Counted from the first letter of the stretch, positions 25,880 through 38,933 are shown. The stretch: DNA of 64,000 nucleotides from Octopus bimaculoides (GCF_001194135.2 NC_068992.1:27491128-27555127), one strand, 5' to 3'. A program made the numbers and translations. The notes: a model not told the origin generated them from the sequence alone.

Positions 25880-26560
25880 GTGGCAAGTTGCAAGAATGTT
25901 ATTGTTCTTGGTGAGATTGTAGCAGGAGCCAAAGTTTAATTGAAAACAGGTTAGAGATTCTCCTGCTGACCACTTACATTAGGTGAAATATTGTGGTTGG
26001 AAAACAGGACGCTGTGTTAATGAATTTCAGCCTTTTATTTGGCTTACTAAAGGACCTGTAAGCACCAGATTCCAGGTCTAAGGTTACATCAAGGAAATAA
26101 AATGTCTTCAGACTGGTTCCCGCTGTGACCTGAGCCCCAAAGAATTCACAGTGTAGATGAGGTCCTTCCTAAGTCTATCAAATGTATGGACATTTACCCT
26201 TCTCAATATTGCCAAAGTATTGTCTCTGCAGAGACCAAAGCTAGTTTGAAGGAATTTCTAATTAAGTAAATTTAGGACAAAGAAGAACTAATAAGAACTA
26301 ACATCAGCACTGTTGAATGTGTCGGTTGCTACATCAAAGGAGCCTTCTGGGTCAGTGCACTCAGCCTAGGCTGAATCCTTGCTGAAGAGTAGGGTTTTTC
26401 TGACATGCATGATACTACCTAACTCCCTTGATATAGATGGGTAAAAATTCACAATATCACATTATGTAAACTTTGCTCTAACTTTGCCACTATTGGTTCT
26501 AAACCATGTGATGACCTTGCAGGTACAACACCAGAGAGTGAGGCCAGAGGCTCTCCTAAT
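25880..26560 (-). mobile_element. Penelope-like element RT remnant (Naiad-type motifs)
   Basis: Reverse translation CDIVNFYPSISRE, IMHVRKTLLFSKDSA, PEGSFDVATDTFNSADV, GLCRDNTLAILRR, FLDVTLDLESGAYRSFSKPN, SRRISNL, with frameshifts; aligns to FDIxxFYPSI / FDVTMGSFDGAEV / GLYRDDGL / FLDVTLDL. Confidence 0.8.
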
Positions 26561-26689
26561 GACATGATCAGCTGCTTGTATACTAAGCCAATCTCAGATG
26601 TTGCAAGGTTGATCGGATGACATTTGGAGTTAGAAGTAAAATTTCACAATATTGAGAAGGGCGAACAGTCACACAGTCATTCACCTGCA

Positions 26690-27030
26690 GACTATTTTCA
26701 GGGACCCTTATGCAATCATTTAGTAAGCAGTAAATAAATTAGGGGTAGATAAATAGCTTGTAAGGGTTGTTCAAGTCATGTATAGAGGTGCAGTCAGCAA
26801 GAGTTAACAATGAGTTCAACAACAAAGTTAGCATGCAGATAGTGGTCCAACAGGTCTGTTTCCAAATCTCTATTTATCATAGTCCTTCAAGCCATAACAG
26901 GAGTTTATCACTGGCTGTTTATGGAAATTCTTCAATACCAATGATGTTCTTATAACAGAATCTGTAGAGGATTTCTAAGCATGGATTCAAAAATGGAACT
27001 GAAGGACCTTGAAGTAAAACTTAACTAATA
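26690..27030 (+). mobile_element. RTE RT fragment
   Basis: LVRVVQVMYRGAVS..NNEFNNKVSMQIVVQQ..LFIIVLQAIT..EILQYQ region, homologous to 9780-10060. Confidence 0.7.
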
Positions 27031-27163
27031 TATATGAGTTTTACTAAGTAGGAAAAGAGCCAGGGCTATGCTGCCATCAGGGAACTGAATTAAGTAGAAA
27101 CTCCATATAGGATATCTAGTATAAACAATAGATGCACAAGAGGTGTAGTGGAATCACAGGCAG

Positions 27164-27368
27164 TTAGCCTTCATATGAAGCAAGTGTACAGGAGCAAGCA
27201 TAACAAGTGCTGAGGCATTTCATTAAATGTTGTTCTATTCTACACAGCTGGAAATGAGTACTAGCTGTATGCTGGTGCAGTCTTCTCTCCCTCCGGCTGT
27301 CACATTTTTGATGTTCTGAGTCAAGAAGAAGAGGGCCAAGAGGATGTATATGTCTGCTCATAACTACA
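27164..27368 (-). CDS. Candidate terminal coding exon, product unknown
   Basis: cactaat branch plus tgtttaag acceptor; phase-2 start; VVMSRHIHPLGPLLLDSEHQKCDSRRERRLHQH..ASYEG* (ORF 27164-27397); in phase with 28574-28649. Confidence 0.35.
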
Positions 27369-28573
27369 CTTAAACAATTAGTGAAAGCATGGAACATGGT
27401 ACCAGGTTATACACTCTTGCAAGTAACAGCCATGGTGTGTGTGTGTGCATGCACACACACACACACATATAAAATCAAAGATAGCTAGATGGATAGACAG
27501 ACAGATAGATGGGTAGATAGATGGATGCACCAACAGATACAAACACACACACACACACACACGCATCATTATCATCATCATCAATTGTTTTACACCTATG
27601 TTCCATACTTATATGGGTTAGATAGGTTGTTTCTGTACTCATGGATGGATCACAGAACTGCAACTCACTTGTAAATTTCTTTTTTAGCTTGGTTTCTTTA
27701 TAACATTTTACATGAATGCTTATTCACTCAAGGAACAGACCAAGAAAGTGAATAGCAGAGAGATTGATGATAAAATCAGACAAGACCCATGCAATGCAGG
27801 CAGCATGGAACAGTGAACAGATCGACTGCCATCCTTAGATTATTAGCAGAGTACAGTAGATAGAAGATAGCATGTTTGAGAGAGAAAGGGAGGGGGAAGA
27901 TGAATGATAAGAAGATGGTATCAAGAGTTAGGAGTGGCAGCATATGTTGACTTTACTGAGGTTATTAGATTAGAAACCTAATTGTAAATTCTCCCTTGCT
28001 TTCATCATTATTGTCAGTTTTTAATGCTTCAAATGTTTTTAATTTTCATTTCAACATGCATGCACAAATGGTTGGATTTTCTCCAGCACATTTTGCCAAT
28101 TATCTTGACCCTTTGTAATCTCTTCTGTAAATTATAGTATGTAAAAATCAGTCTTCAGCACTTCATCCAATATTTTATTTTAAAGACTCCTTTGTCTGTT
28201 CTGAAAGTATAGTTGCTAGAATAAGAATAAGATAAAGAAAGTTCAGGGAATTATTACCTTTGTTAGTTCATTAAGTCTCCTCCCAAATTGTTATAGAAAA
28301 TAATATCAAAAAAACATTTTATAGTGCATCTTTTCTATTTATATCCACAGTAAAACATATTTTCTTCATGCAATCCAGCATCAATTCCCAAATTTCTGAG
28401 TGTATGCATTACTACTTTGAGGGGAAAGTTAGAGGATCATTAAAAGAAATTGTGAAAAATACAAAAAGAAAGTGAGAGAAATAGGCAGAGTGGGAGAATA
28501 AAGAAAAGAGAAAGGCAGGAAGGTAGTATGTAAAATAAATGTGAGAGGGAATATGATAAAGAAAAAGACATAC

Positions 28574-28649
28574 TCTGTAGGTTTATCGTACAGAATATGG
28601 TGTGTGTATATAGGTTTCATAAATTTCAGGTGGTGTATCTCCAACCTAT
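28574..28649 (-). CDS. Candidate internal coding exon (76 bp, phase 1 to 2)
   Basis: attatttcttttctag acceptor, gtatgt donor; RLEIHHLKFMKPIYTHHILYDKPT. Confidence 0.4.
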
Positions 28650-28872
28650 CTAGAAAAGAAATAATTCTGAATAAGAATTGATTTAGAACATGATGACCAG
28701 TTCAACCCATGCTAGCATGAAAAAGCAGATATGAAATGGTGATGATGGTGATGCATCCAGATTTAAGCTCAGATAGGTTCCTATGATGCAACACACTTCA
28801 AACCTAACTAAAAGATTAGAAAATGACTATTTTTAAAATCTCACAATGTGAGATATTCAGCAACAGTACTTT

Positions 28873-29122
28873 GTAGTAAAGATTGCTTGCCAACATAATA
28901 TAGCAGTCCTGGTTTAGGACGAATGTTGCTCTAATTTAGCCCTGGGAGAATTGCCTCCAGCTGGCTATACAACACGATCTGTGTCCTTATATTTTCGAAA
29001 ATATAAGGACACAGATCATGTTGTATAGCCAGCTGGAGACGATGCCTCCTGGGGCTAAATTACAGTAACATTAGTCCTAAACCAGGACTGCCATGTTATG
29101 TTGGCAAACAGTCTTTACTTAC
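28873..29122. mobile_element. Foldback palindrome (probable MITE), about 125-bp arms, no spacer
   Basis: Centre ttttc|gaaaa at 28996/28997; arms pair out to gtagtaaagattgc / cagtctttacttac with scattered, mostly transition, mismatches. Confidence 0.9.
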
Positions 29123-29594
29123 TAAAAGAGTTTATAATGTATTTAGAATGGTAAAAATTCAAATCTAGATGACACAAATTTTCTTGAGGGAACATTAGAC
29201 TCTCAAATACTAGGTTTTAACATCTCTTTTGATGTTTCAAACCATCAAAAATGAATGTCTTGACGCAATAGCCAAAACATACTTCAGTGCTGAATAGTTT
29301 CTGACACTCTACGCAATAAAAGTTTGTCTCCCGTGGTTATTGACCACATACAAGATGATTTAGAATTTTATATTACTCTTTGATCCAATGATGATATTAA
29401 TGATGTTGCATTGGTGGGAAGGCAGACCAGTTTTCTAGGAATGCAGGTTTGAAGTATGCCTGTCAGGTAGCAACAGTGTTAAATTTTTTGTAATATAACA
29501 TTTACGTGCATGACAAAATGGGAGCAAGCCAACTTTGAAAATCAAAATGGGAAATTTGGGACTTGCAGATTCTAAATGCAGATTCTTAACTTAC

Positions 29595-29650
29595 TCGTCA
29601 CAAAACATTGTACAATCATCAATTTTAATCTTAAGTCTGCTTCATCACTG
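29595..29650 (-). CDS. Candidate internal coding exon (56 bp, phase 2 to 1)
   Basis: ggtttttag acceptor (5' end uncertain; the frame is open further upstream), perfect gtaagt donor; SDEADLRLKLMIVQCFVT. Confidence 0.4.
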
Positions 29651-30015
29651 CTAAAAACCAATGCTTTCAGACATCTAACCCAAATGCAAATTTTTTTCAC
29701 ATATGAGAAAGCAATTTTTCCGAAATAAAAGTCCCCTTTCACCAACATTAAAGCAGAGTCCAAGAAGAGTATGCCTTGCTTAACTATGACTTTCAATGTA
29801 ATTGCAAAGACTTGGTTTTCTACAGTTTTCCCATATGTGAATGTACATATTCTGGAAGTAGAGTCTCATTTAGAATCAGCAAAGTGAATTATTGCTACAA
29901 GTTGTAACAATGGAAGCTGCACAGAAGTCTGTTAGAGAAAACATTCCTTTCTCAAGTGGTAGATTAAATTTGTTGTAACATACAGATGTTAGTGGCAGAC
30001 TTAATCTGTTACTTC

Positions 30016-30377
30016 TGTTGTTGTTGGCATTCCGTCGTTTACGATGTCGAGGGTTCCAGTTGATCCGATCAACGGAACAGCCTGCTCGTGAAATTAACGT
30101 GCAAGTGGCTGAGCACTCCACAGACATGTGTACCCTTAACGTAGTTCTCGGGGATATTCAGCGTGACACAGTGTGACAAGGCTGACCCTTTGAATTACAG
30201 GCATGACAGAAACAGGAAGAAAGAGTGAGAGAAAGTTGTGGAAGAGTACAGCAGGGTTCGCCACCATCCCCTGCCGGAGCCTCATGGCCCAGTGGTTAGG
30301 GCAGCAGACTCACAGTCATAGGATCACGGTTTCGATTCCCAGACCGGGCGTTGTGAGTGTTTATCGAGCGAAACACC
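30016..30377. mobile_element. tRNA-derived SINE family D: minus-strand body with plus-oriented tRNA head
   Basis: 30016-30283 reads as a minus-strand body ending in (CAA)n; 30284-30377 atggcccagtggttagggc..ggtttcgattcccagacc has A and B boxes on the plus strand. Confidence 0.75.
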
Positions 30378-30846
30378 NNNNNNNNNNNNNNNNNNNNNNN
30401 NNNNNNNNNNNNNNNNNNNNNNNNNNNNNNNNNNNNNNNNNNNNNNNNNNNNNNNNNNNNNNNNNNNNNNNNNNNNNNNNNNNNNNNNNNNNNNNNNNNN
30501 NNNNNNNNNNNNNNNNNNNNNNNNNNNNNNNNNNNNNNNNNNNNNNNNNNNNNNNNNNNNNNNNNNNNNNNNNNNNNNNNNNNNNNNNNNNNNNNNNNNN
30601 NNNNNNNNNNNNNNNNNNNNNNNNNNNNNNNNNNNNNNNNNNNNNNNNNNNNNNNNNNNNNNNNNNNNNNNNNNNNNNNNNNNNNNNNNNATGACTGTGA
30701 ATACAAGTAGCCATTATGGAGTTACTTTGAAGAGCATCTAAAGCAGCATTATTGAATAGTGTGCATAGGCTGCAGATCGGGAAGTCTTTTTTTGTATCTG
30801 TGTGTGTGTGTGTGTGTGTGTGTGCGTATATGTATATAAATATGTT

Positions 30847-30902
<56 letters not shown>

Positions 30903-30959
30903 CACATACACACAAACATATCTATATACATACATGTGTCTGTGGGTATGTATGTGTGT

Positions 30960-31125
30960 AAGCAAGGTTAGGTGCAAGCATGCCTATGTGGATAAGAAGT
31001 TTGGTTTGCAGCCACATGGTCTTGGGTTCAGACCTACTATGTGGTACCTTAGGTGAGTGTCTTCTACAATAGACATGAGTCAACCAATGTCCTGTGAGTG
31101 AGTTTGGTAGAGATAAACTGTAAAA
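30960..31125 (+). mobile_element. CORE-type SINE head
   Basis: gtggataagaagtttggtttgcagccacatggtcttgggttcagacctac..ggtgagtgtcttctacaatag..gtgagtttggtagagataaactg. Confidence 0.75.
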
Positions 31126-31149
31126 AAAGCAGACAGATACACATGCACA

Positions 31150-31261
31150 CACTCAGATTCAGTCCTACTGTATGTCATTTTGGGCAAATGTCTTCTGGTA
31201 TAGTAAAGGCTGACTAAAATTTTATGAGTGGATTTGGTAGATGGAAACTGAAAGAAGTCTG

Positions 31262-31360
<99 letters not shown>

Positions 31361-31610
31361 ACTCTGCGTGTGTGTTAGTGTCTCCTCAACTTGACATCAC
31401 ATGATAGATGTAATTGAGCATCACAGTCATACAAGCAGTGTCCATTTCCAATCTTCTGTAAAAACATGTTTGGCCATGGGGAAATATTTAATTTGCTTAG
31501 AAACAGGTGAAAGTTGGTGACAGGAAGAGTATCCAGGCATAAAAAATCTGCCTCAACAAATTCCATCTGATCTATGCAAACATGGAAAAGGGGATGTTAA
31601 AATGATCACA
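31150..31610 (+). mobile_element. SINE family C (CORE head + (CA)n linker + RTE-type tail)
   Basis: CORE body to 31262, about 100 bp (CA)n, then ..ggtgacaggaagagtatccagg..tatgcaaacatggaaaaggggatgttaaaatgat. Confidence 0.8.
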
Positions 31611-31965
31611 CACACACACAACATTATAATTTATAAATACAGTATTTGGTTTATAAATAGAGATTGATATAGTGAGTACCAGACCAAAATAAACACTGGT
31701 ATTAATACAACCAACTAAAATCTTTGAATGTGGTGTCCCATCATAGCCTATAATTTCTAATAATTATTAGTTTCTAATAATTGAAACCAGTATAATATCT
31801 GAACATAGTTTGCTATTAGTTCAGTAATCCCTTTCTTATCATTCAACTTATCTCTCATCTCTATTTTTTCCCAATAAGTACTGTCTGTCAATCAGTAATA
31901 TTCACTGAATTCTTATAAAGTAAACTGTGCTTAGATCAGAGTTGTCTCTCTTTGGTATCTGGTGT

Positions 31966-32004
<39 letters not shown>

Positions 32005-32443
32005 GGAGGGATTTGATAACAGGTAACATAAATATTAGTTGGTTACCTGGTTGGCTGATTTCTCTAGACACACTTCAGATCATACAGAGAGAGTAAAAAA
32101 TACAGAGAGAGTTAACATAAGAGGTGCAGAATGAGTGCAAATACTAAACTTGGTGGTAGGCAATGAGTAAAGAATTGGTGCACATGCACACACATACACA
32201 GAGTGAGAAAGATTCTTAGACATAGTAAAAGAGGAGAAAATAAGAGAGTAATACATATTTTTCTTTTAAAAATTAGTATTCATTTCATTATTTTGTATAA
32301 GCACCAAGAGTTATGATATATTTTAAATTATAATTATTGTATATTTGCCATATTTCTTGATATTACCTATGATGGCAAAAGTATGTATTCTTCCAAAGTT
32401 AGCCACCATATGATAGATAACTCTCATATACACACACACAATC

Positions 32444-32485
<42 letters not shown>

Positions 32486-32699
32486 GCAAACTCACAAATG
32501 ACTAAATACTCAAGTTTTTACCATCATATTAAACATCATGGATTTGTAAACAACAAATTTATGTAAGTAAATAACAATGAACCCATTGATGAGAAGTGAC
32601 CCACAGTGTACTTACTGCATAAACATGGCACTATTTAAACCAGACTGACTTAGCACTACTCCCAAAGTTAGATATTAATATGTATTTCACTTACTGAAT

Positions 32700-32855
32700 A
32701 TTGTTAGGAAGGGCATCCAGCTGTAGAAACTCTGCCAAATTAGATTGGAGCCTGGTGTTGCCATCCGGTTTCACCAGTCCTCAGTCAAATCATCCAACCC
32801 ATGCTAGCATGGAAAGCGGACGTTAAACGATGATGATGATGATGATGATGACGAC
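32700..32855 (+). mobile_element. RTE 3' tail, young
   Basis: ttaggaagggcatccagctgtagaaactctgcc..ccaacccatgctagcatggaaagcggacgttaaacgatgatgatgat; near-identical minus copies at 46505-46640 and 60375-60745. Confidence 0.9.
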
Positions 32856-33954
32856 AACAACATGCTCCAACATTTCTTCATATGCACATACATCATATAT
32901 ATATATATATATATATAAAGTCATACCAGGTTTTAATCTTCAAATACTTTTAAATTCTGACTTGCTAATGGATAATACATCTGTGTGTATGTGCATCAGT
33001 AATTCTTGAAAGGAAGGAAGAATGCAAGAGAGAAAAATTGGAAAATATCTAGATGTATCTAAATTATTCTATACAGTGTCTCTACATATAGAGGTGCTAT
33101 ATATATTATACATGACTATGAGTGTTTAACTGAACAGGCAGAAGTTAGATGCTTAAAAAAGGTTGTAGCCATTTGTGTAAAAGACATGTCCATATCTTTC
33201 AGTTGACAGGACATGGCATAAAGCAATAAGTCCTGCAAACTGCAATTGTTTTGTCAGAAAGGATTATAGCTGACATGAATAATAGTGGCTCTCATTGAGA
33301 CTGATGAGGAGGATTATAAGGATTGATGTTGATGACGATGATGATGATGGTTACCATTATCATCAGCAGCAGCAGCATCAGCAGCAGTCTGAACATCTAT
33401 AACTTTCAACCATTTCTCACTTCACCAATGATGAGTAAAGCATCAGATTAAGAGAGTGAAGAGCCAAAGAAAAACACAGAGGAGAATCTAGTAAACAAAA
33501 ATATGCATGAAAATTCCTCAGAAAGTGTGACAGTATTATTAAAGCTGTCACAAATGAGATCAGAAAAAACAGACTAGAGAAAGGGGAAGAATGGATCTGC
33601 TTAATTAAGCCCTTTATCCTAGGGAGCAGTATGTCAGAATTACAAAGTAAAAAAAAATATAAAAGGGTTTGGTGAACAATGGAACACAGGTATTAAAAAA
33701 ATCCTTTTGTAGAGAGTAACAAGAAAAACAGTCATCTACTAACAAAGTAGTATCAAGCTGACTAAAGAATAACATTAGGCATTCAGACCAAAATAACATG
33801 AAGCCCATTCAATCAATAAAACAAAATGAACAAATCTAAGGAGGTGTTGGTACACTTTTATATTTCATTTTCCCCAAGATGAGACAAATCCAATTTAAAC
33901 AAGTAAACATAAAAGAGGAGAAAAAGTCAACTTTAATGAAATACATAATTTCTT

Positions 33955-34380
33955 TTGCTCTTTACTAGTTTCAGTTATTGCCCTGTGGCCATGCTAGGGC
34001 ACAACCTCGAAGGGTTTTAGTCAAATAAATTGACCGCAGTACTTATTTTCTAAGTCTGCTAACTATTCTATTAGTCTCTTTTATGCCAAACTTATAAGTT
34101 ATGGGGATGTAAATAAATCAACAATTCTTTTCTACTCTAGGCACAAGGCCTGAAATTTTGGGGGAGGGAGCCAGTCGATTACATCGACCCCAGTATGTGA
34201 CTGGTACTTAATTTATCGACCCCGAAAAGATGAAAGGCAAAGTTGATCTCAGTGGAATTTGAACTCAGAATGTAAAGACAGACAGAATATCACTGAGCAT
34301 TTCACCCAGCATGCTAACACTTCTGCCAGCATGCCTTGACAATTGTCAAGTGGTAGTGACAGACACACATACACACACGT
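33955..34380 (-). mobile_element. SINE family B interrupted by a family A copy (34127-34338)
   Basis: Family B body stops at caacaatt and resumes at gacaattgtcaagtgg; acaatt is duplicated around the family A insert. Confidence 0.8.
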
Positions 34381-36149
34381 GTGTGTGTGTTTATAGATGG
34401 CATTCAGAATAAAATTTCTGAAATTCATTCTTTATAAACTAAATAGAGTTTATTATTAAAAGTAAACTTGAAGGAAACTATGTAAGTTTTGAAATCAGAA
34501 TCTTTTAAAACTGCAAAGAAACATAGAATATCAAGTTTATACTTGTTTTTACATCATCAAAAAGATAAGATTGTTTAATTGATGACAACAAGAAACATTG
34601 TGAGTGTGAAATGTTATCCCCATTTTCTAGGTCAACTTAGTCCCTAATTACCTTTCCTCTCAGTCTACCCTAAATATGTCAGATATCCATTTTAAAGTAA
34701 TGTTTCCTTTATACGTTCAGAGAATACTGACTGAAAGAAGATATCAACAAAACTATGGCTTTTATACTGTAATTGTAAAATCTTGTATAGACTTGAGAGA
34801 ATTTTGCTAAACACAATAATAAAGAAAAAAAAACTTCACATAATTTCTGACATAATTTAATTATGAAAGTTTGAAAATATACTAAAGTTCAGAAAAAAGT
34901 GAATAGCTTCAATGGTCTAGCAGATTTTAATATATTTTCGATAAAATCATAACCATATTATCCAGCCTTTTAAACTCTTAGCAAACAAATATTGTGATTT
35001 AGTATTGAGATGAAAAATAATATGAGTATTATGTAAGAATGACTGAAAATCATACAAAATACACACACAACAACACATGTGGTAACACATGGTGGTAACA
35101 AGAGGGAGAAAAGTAATAGGGTATAGTAAATTGCATAGTTTTAGTGCAAATTTCTGTCTTGAGATGATTTTCATGACTAGACAATAACAATTACATCATT
35201 ATTCACATTGGATTTGCCTGAAGTCATCATTCTCTCAATGTTCTGACAAGCTGAAATATTTATTATCTTGAGTAAAGCAAACAATCTAAAGATGACAGTG
35301 CAATCTTTCCAAGCTCTACATAAAACAGATTCTACTGTTTTATTATCTATACCACATTGCTTAGTATTCCATATTTGCAAACATCAAGAACATCAAATTA
35401 GTCACTCATAAAAACTAAGGCAACAAAATCCAGTAGTGCCCCAACCATTAACCAAACCTTCTTAATCTCTCAAAACTTGATTCCCACCTCTTTCTCAAAC
35501 ACACACATGCAACATTAATCTTGTGATGTACATATCATAGAATGTAACTATGTAACTTTTAAGAAGTCGCCAGTCATCAGTCCATCATACTTATGACTAA
35601 CATTTCTAAGTTTTATCATAAACAATTATCTCTTATGCTGCTTTATAAATAACTTCTAATGTTTTGAATCTAAAGCTGACATAAGTAACAATATAAATTC
35701 CAAACATCAAGGACCCATTTTGGAGGATTAAGCAAATGTGTTGCTCTTGACAACAGGAAATTATAAATATATAAAAGTTTTCTGGTGAAGATACACACTT
35801 ATAGACTTAACCTGATGCTAAATATTCTAATTTGAAACTTTCTCTTTCTCTCTCAGTCTACCAACTCAGGAGTATATCATGGCTTCAGTCATTTCTCGAA
35901 CCTTCATTCTTGTATTTCAATCCATATATTTTATGTTAATATCATCTTGCATTTTTTCTTACTTTCAGCATGAAGACATCATTCACATGCAATGATAAAT
36001 TATGCAAGGTTAGTACATTCCCTTGAACCCATAAAACATTATACAGTATGAACTAAATATTTTTATCCAAGTTACATATATCATGCAACTCAAATGTTTA
36101 TACTTTTATACTCTCAAGGCTGTCAAATACCACAAGACATATAATTTAA

Positions 36150-36370
36150 CCTTTTCATTACCAACCTGGCTGAAACCGGCTCTGGCACTGTAGTACAAAT
36201 GTCTTGTTTTCATAAGTTTTGAATTAAAATCTTCCACCAAACTTTAGTCACAATTTATGTTCCTAACACTAACTTAATGACAACTAAGTTATTTTACTAA
36301 ATTCTTTGTTATATTTAAAATAATTGAGAGAAAAACAAAGCATCTAAAAATAAATACAGTAACGAAAGGG
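36150..36370. mobile_element. piggyBac-type non-autonomous MITE (221 bp)
   Basis: TTAA on both sides (36146-36149, 36371-36374); TIRs ccttttcattac / gtaacgaaaggg. Confidence 0.85.
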
Positions 36371-36549
36371 TTAAGCTGCATGAAAAGGTTTCTTCCAGTA
36401 CCAAAGAATGTAACTAGCAAACAAACTTTTGCAAAACACAAATGAACTCATAAAAGTATACAGCTTATACATATTAAATTATACATATTCACTAACTAGA
36501 TTGCAACCAAGAAAAAGACTATTCATTAAATTGGAAAATTCACATAAAG

Positions 36550-37940
36550 AGTCTTCAGCTACTAATAAAATGTATTCTGCTAGAAGAAAATGGATTCATC
36601 ACTGACACATAGCACAGCCTTTGCCCAGGAAGGAGCTACCTTTCACATCTACTACAGCAATATGACAACATACTGAAACAACAACTCAACCATTAATTGT
36701 GGATGTGATATATTTTGACTTTGCAAAGACCATAAAGTTGATCACAAAATGATATGTCACAAACTGTGTAGCTCCAACATAGCTGGAAATTTAGGTAAAA
36801 GGCTGCATGGTATTTGAAAGGTAGGAATCAGGCAGTTACAGCCATCAGTACTCTCTCTGAGGAAACATCAAATCATGCATTGTCCTTCAGGGCACTATAC
36901 TAGGACTACTACTGTTTGTAATGGCTCTTTCTCTCTTTCTCTCTCTCATACAGTCACCAACTCTCACAAGATATGCTGTTGATATAAAAGTATCACAGGC
37001 AGTCAAGGACTCTGATGGCAATGCAAAAACTACAGAAAGACCTAAAAACAATATACAAGTGGGTTTTAGAAAACAACGTGCAGTTCAATGCTGAAAAATT
37101 TTAAGTGCTTCACTATCAGACCACAAACAGACTATAATCAGAATACATAAGATTAGGAGGTATTGTAATCTTGGAGTCACAATCAGAACACATTCTAGTA
37201 ACGATGTATCATTCTGTATGCACATTACTGAGATGGCAACAATGTGCAGGTGAAAAGTTGTTTGGATTCTGAGATAATTCAGAACAAGTAAAAAGGAAAC
37301 TATTTTAGTCCTGTAGAGAAAATTTGTTCACAGTTGCCTGAACTACAGATCCCAATTGTGGTCACTAAACTAACAACAGAACTCAATGTAATACTATGCT
37401 ATAACACCACAAAATTGCCGTGGTGCAACTGAGAAGCTACTGGGTGAGGCTGAAAGAACTGAGACTTTATAGTGTGAAGACATGAAAGATATGCAGTGAT
37501 ATATATGGAGAAGATCCTAGAGGGTTTAGCACCTAATTCTAGGATTGAAAACTAAACCAATCCCTGAAGTGGATGTCACTAATAGGATAAAAAATCCCAT
37601 CTTTTCCATCTAAAGTAAGGATCCAGTACTGTAATAGCTTAGGGTTCAAGGAGCCACATTTTCCCAATACATTGTTACAAAAACCCAGAGATCTGTGAGG
37701 CATAGATGTAGATATGGTAAAAAAAATACTTAGACAAATTTTCACCTGAGGTATTGGATGAACCTACATTATGGCAAGGAATGCAAATAAAGGAGGAGTG
37801 GTCCAGCTCACTAAATCATCAGAACCAAACATGGTGTGTGGGGGGGGGGAGGGCTGTGTAAGTGGAATGAAATAAGCTAGGAATCACACCAATACTGGTG
37901 CTCCAGTATGACCACAGCCCTGACTGAAACAAGTACAAGA
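36550..37940 (+). mobile_element. CR1-like LINE RT through 3' tail
   Basis: VDVIYFDFAK..KVDHKMICHKL, LQGTILGLLLFVMAL, YAVDIKVSQAVKD, ENNVQFNAEKF, QYCNSLGFK; tail ggtgctccagtatgaccacagccctgactgaaacaag. Confidence 0.9.
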
Positions 37941-38453
37941 AAAAGATTACACACATACTGAGATACACACACACACACCTGTATATTATTGTTAAAATCA
38001 TATTATTATTTTAAACTATTTTCAAGAATAACAACAAATATATTGACTGTAACTTTATTGAGTGTACAGAGAAATTTATAGCCAATATCAAGTTGATTGG
38101 GATGTTACAATATACTGTATGTGTGTGTGTGTGCGTGCATGCATGTGTGTGTGTGTGTGTGTGTGTAAAGATAGACAGAGAGAAAGAGAGAGAGAGAGCT
38201 AAATAGATAGATAGATATATTGATTGACATGTCAGGTGCAAGATATAAACAGATTGTTTTCTTTCTATTATAAACAGGTGTGCTATATCTACTAGCTAAG
38301 TTTCATCTAAAAATAATATATTTTTTTACCTTCTTTTTTTCCTGTGTGTGGTTTAATCAATTGTCTATTTTACAATAGAAATACCAAGTAAATTTAATTT
38401 ATTGCTCCAATTTTTATCAAATATACTAATTGTTGAACATATCATAGAAGGAG

Positions 38454-38510
<57 letters not shown>

Positions 38511-38933
38511 CGTGCGTGCACACATTCATTTTGTGTTTATGTGAGTGTAAATGTATTTATTTGGATGTAAGCTAATGGAAGTAGATATGAGAATGTTTGC
38601 TTCTATTTTTGATTATTTGAACTTGTCCTCGTAGGAAAGAACTGATTTATAAACAACAACAACAAGGCACCATCATTAGAATGCAGATATCAAAAATAAT
38701 GTCACATGTTGAATCTGAGAAAAGTCTTGCATATTTTTATAGTTCCACATACAGATTGTATTTGAAACATGCATGTTAGCTGGTTGATTTCTTTTCTGAA
38801 AATCCCAGCTTTTCCACATTATCACTTAGGCAGTTATTAATAAAACCAAATGTACCAATTATGAAAGGTATAAATGTGAATTATAATCTGGGTAGAGAAG
38901 ATGAAGTTTCAAATCATTTTTCCATAGTTTTAC

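Noticed and set aside
30284-30350. tRNA gene
   Set aside because: A and B boxes are present but it runs into SINE body sequence with no acceptor stem or terminator.
33290-33400. (GAT)n and (CAG)n tract resembling a poly-D/poly-Q exon
   Set aside because: All frames close within about 40 codons and there are no convincing splice sites.
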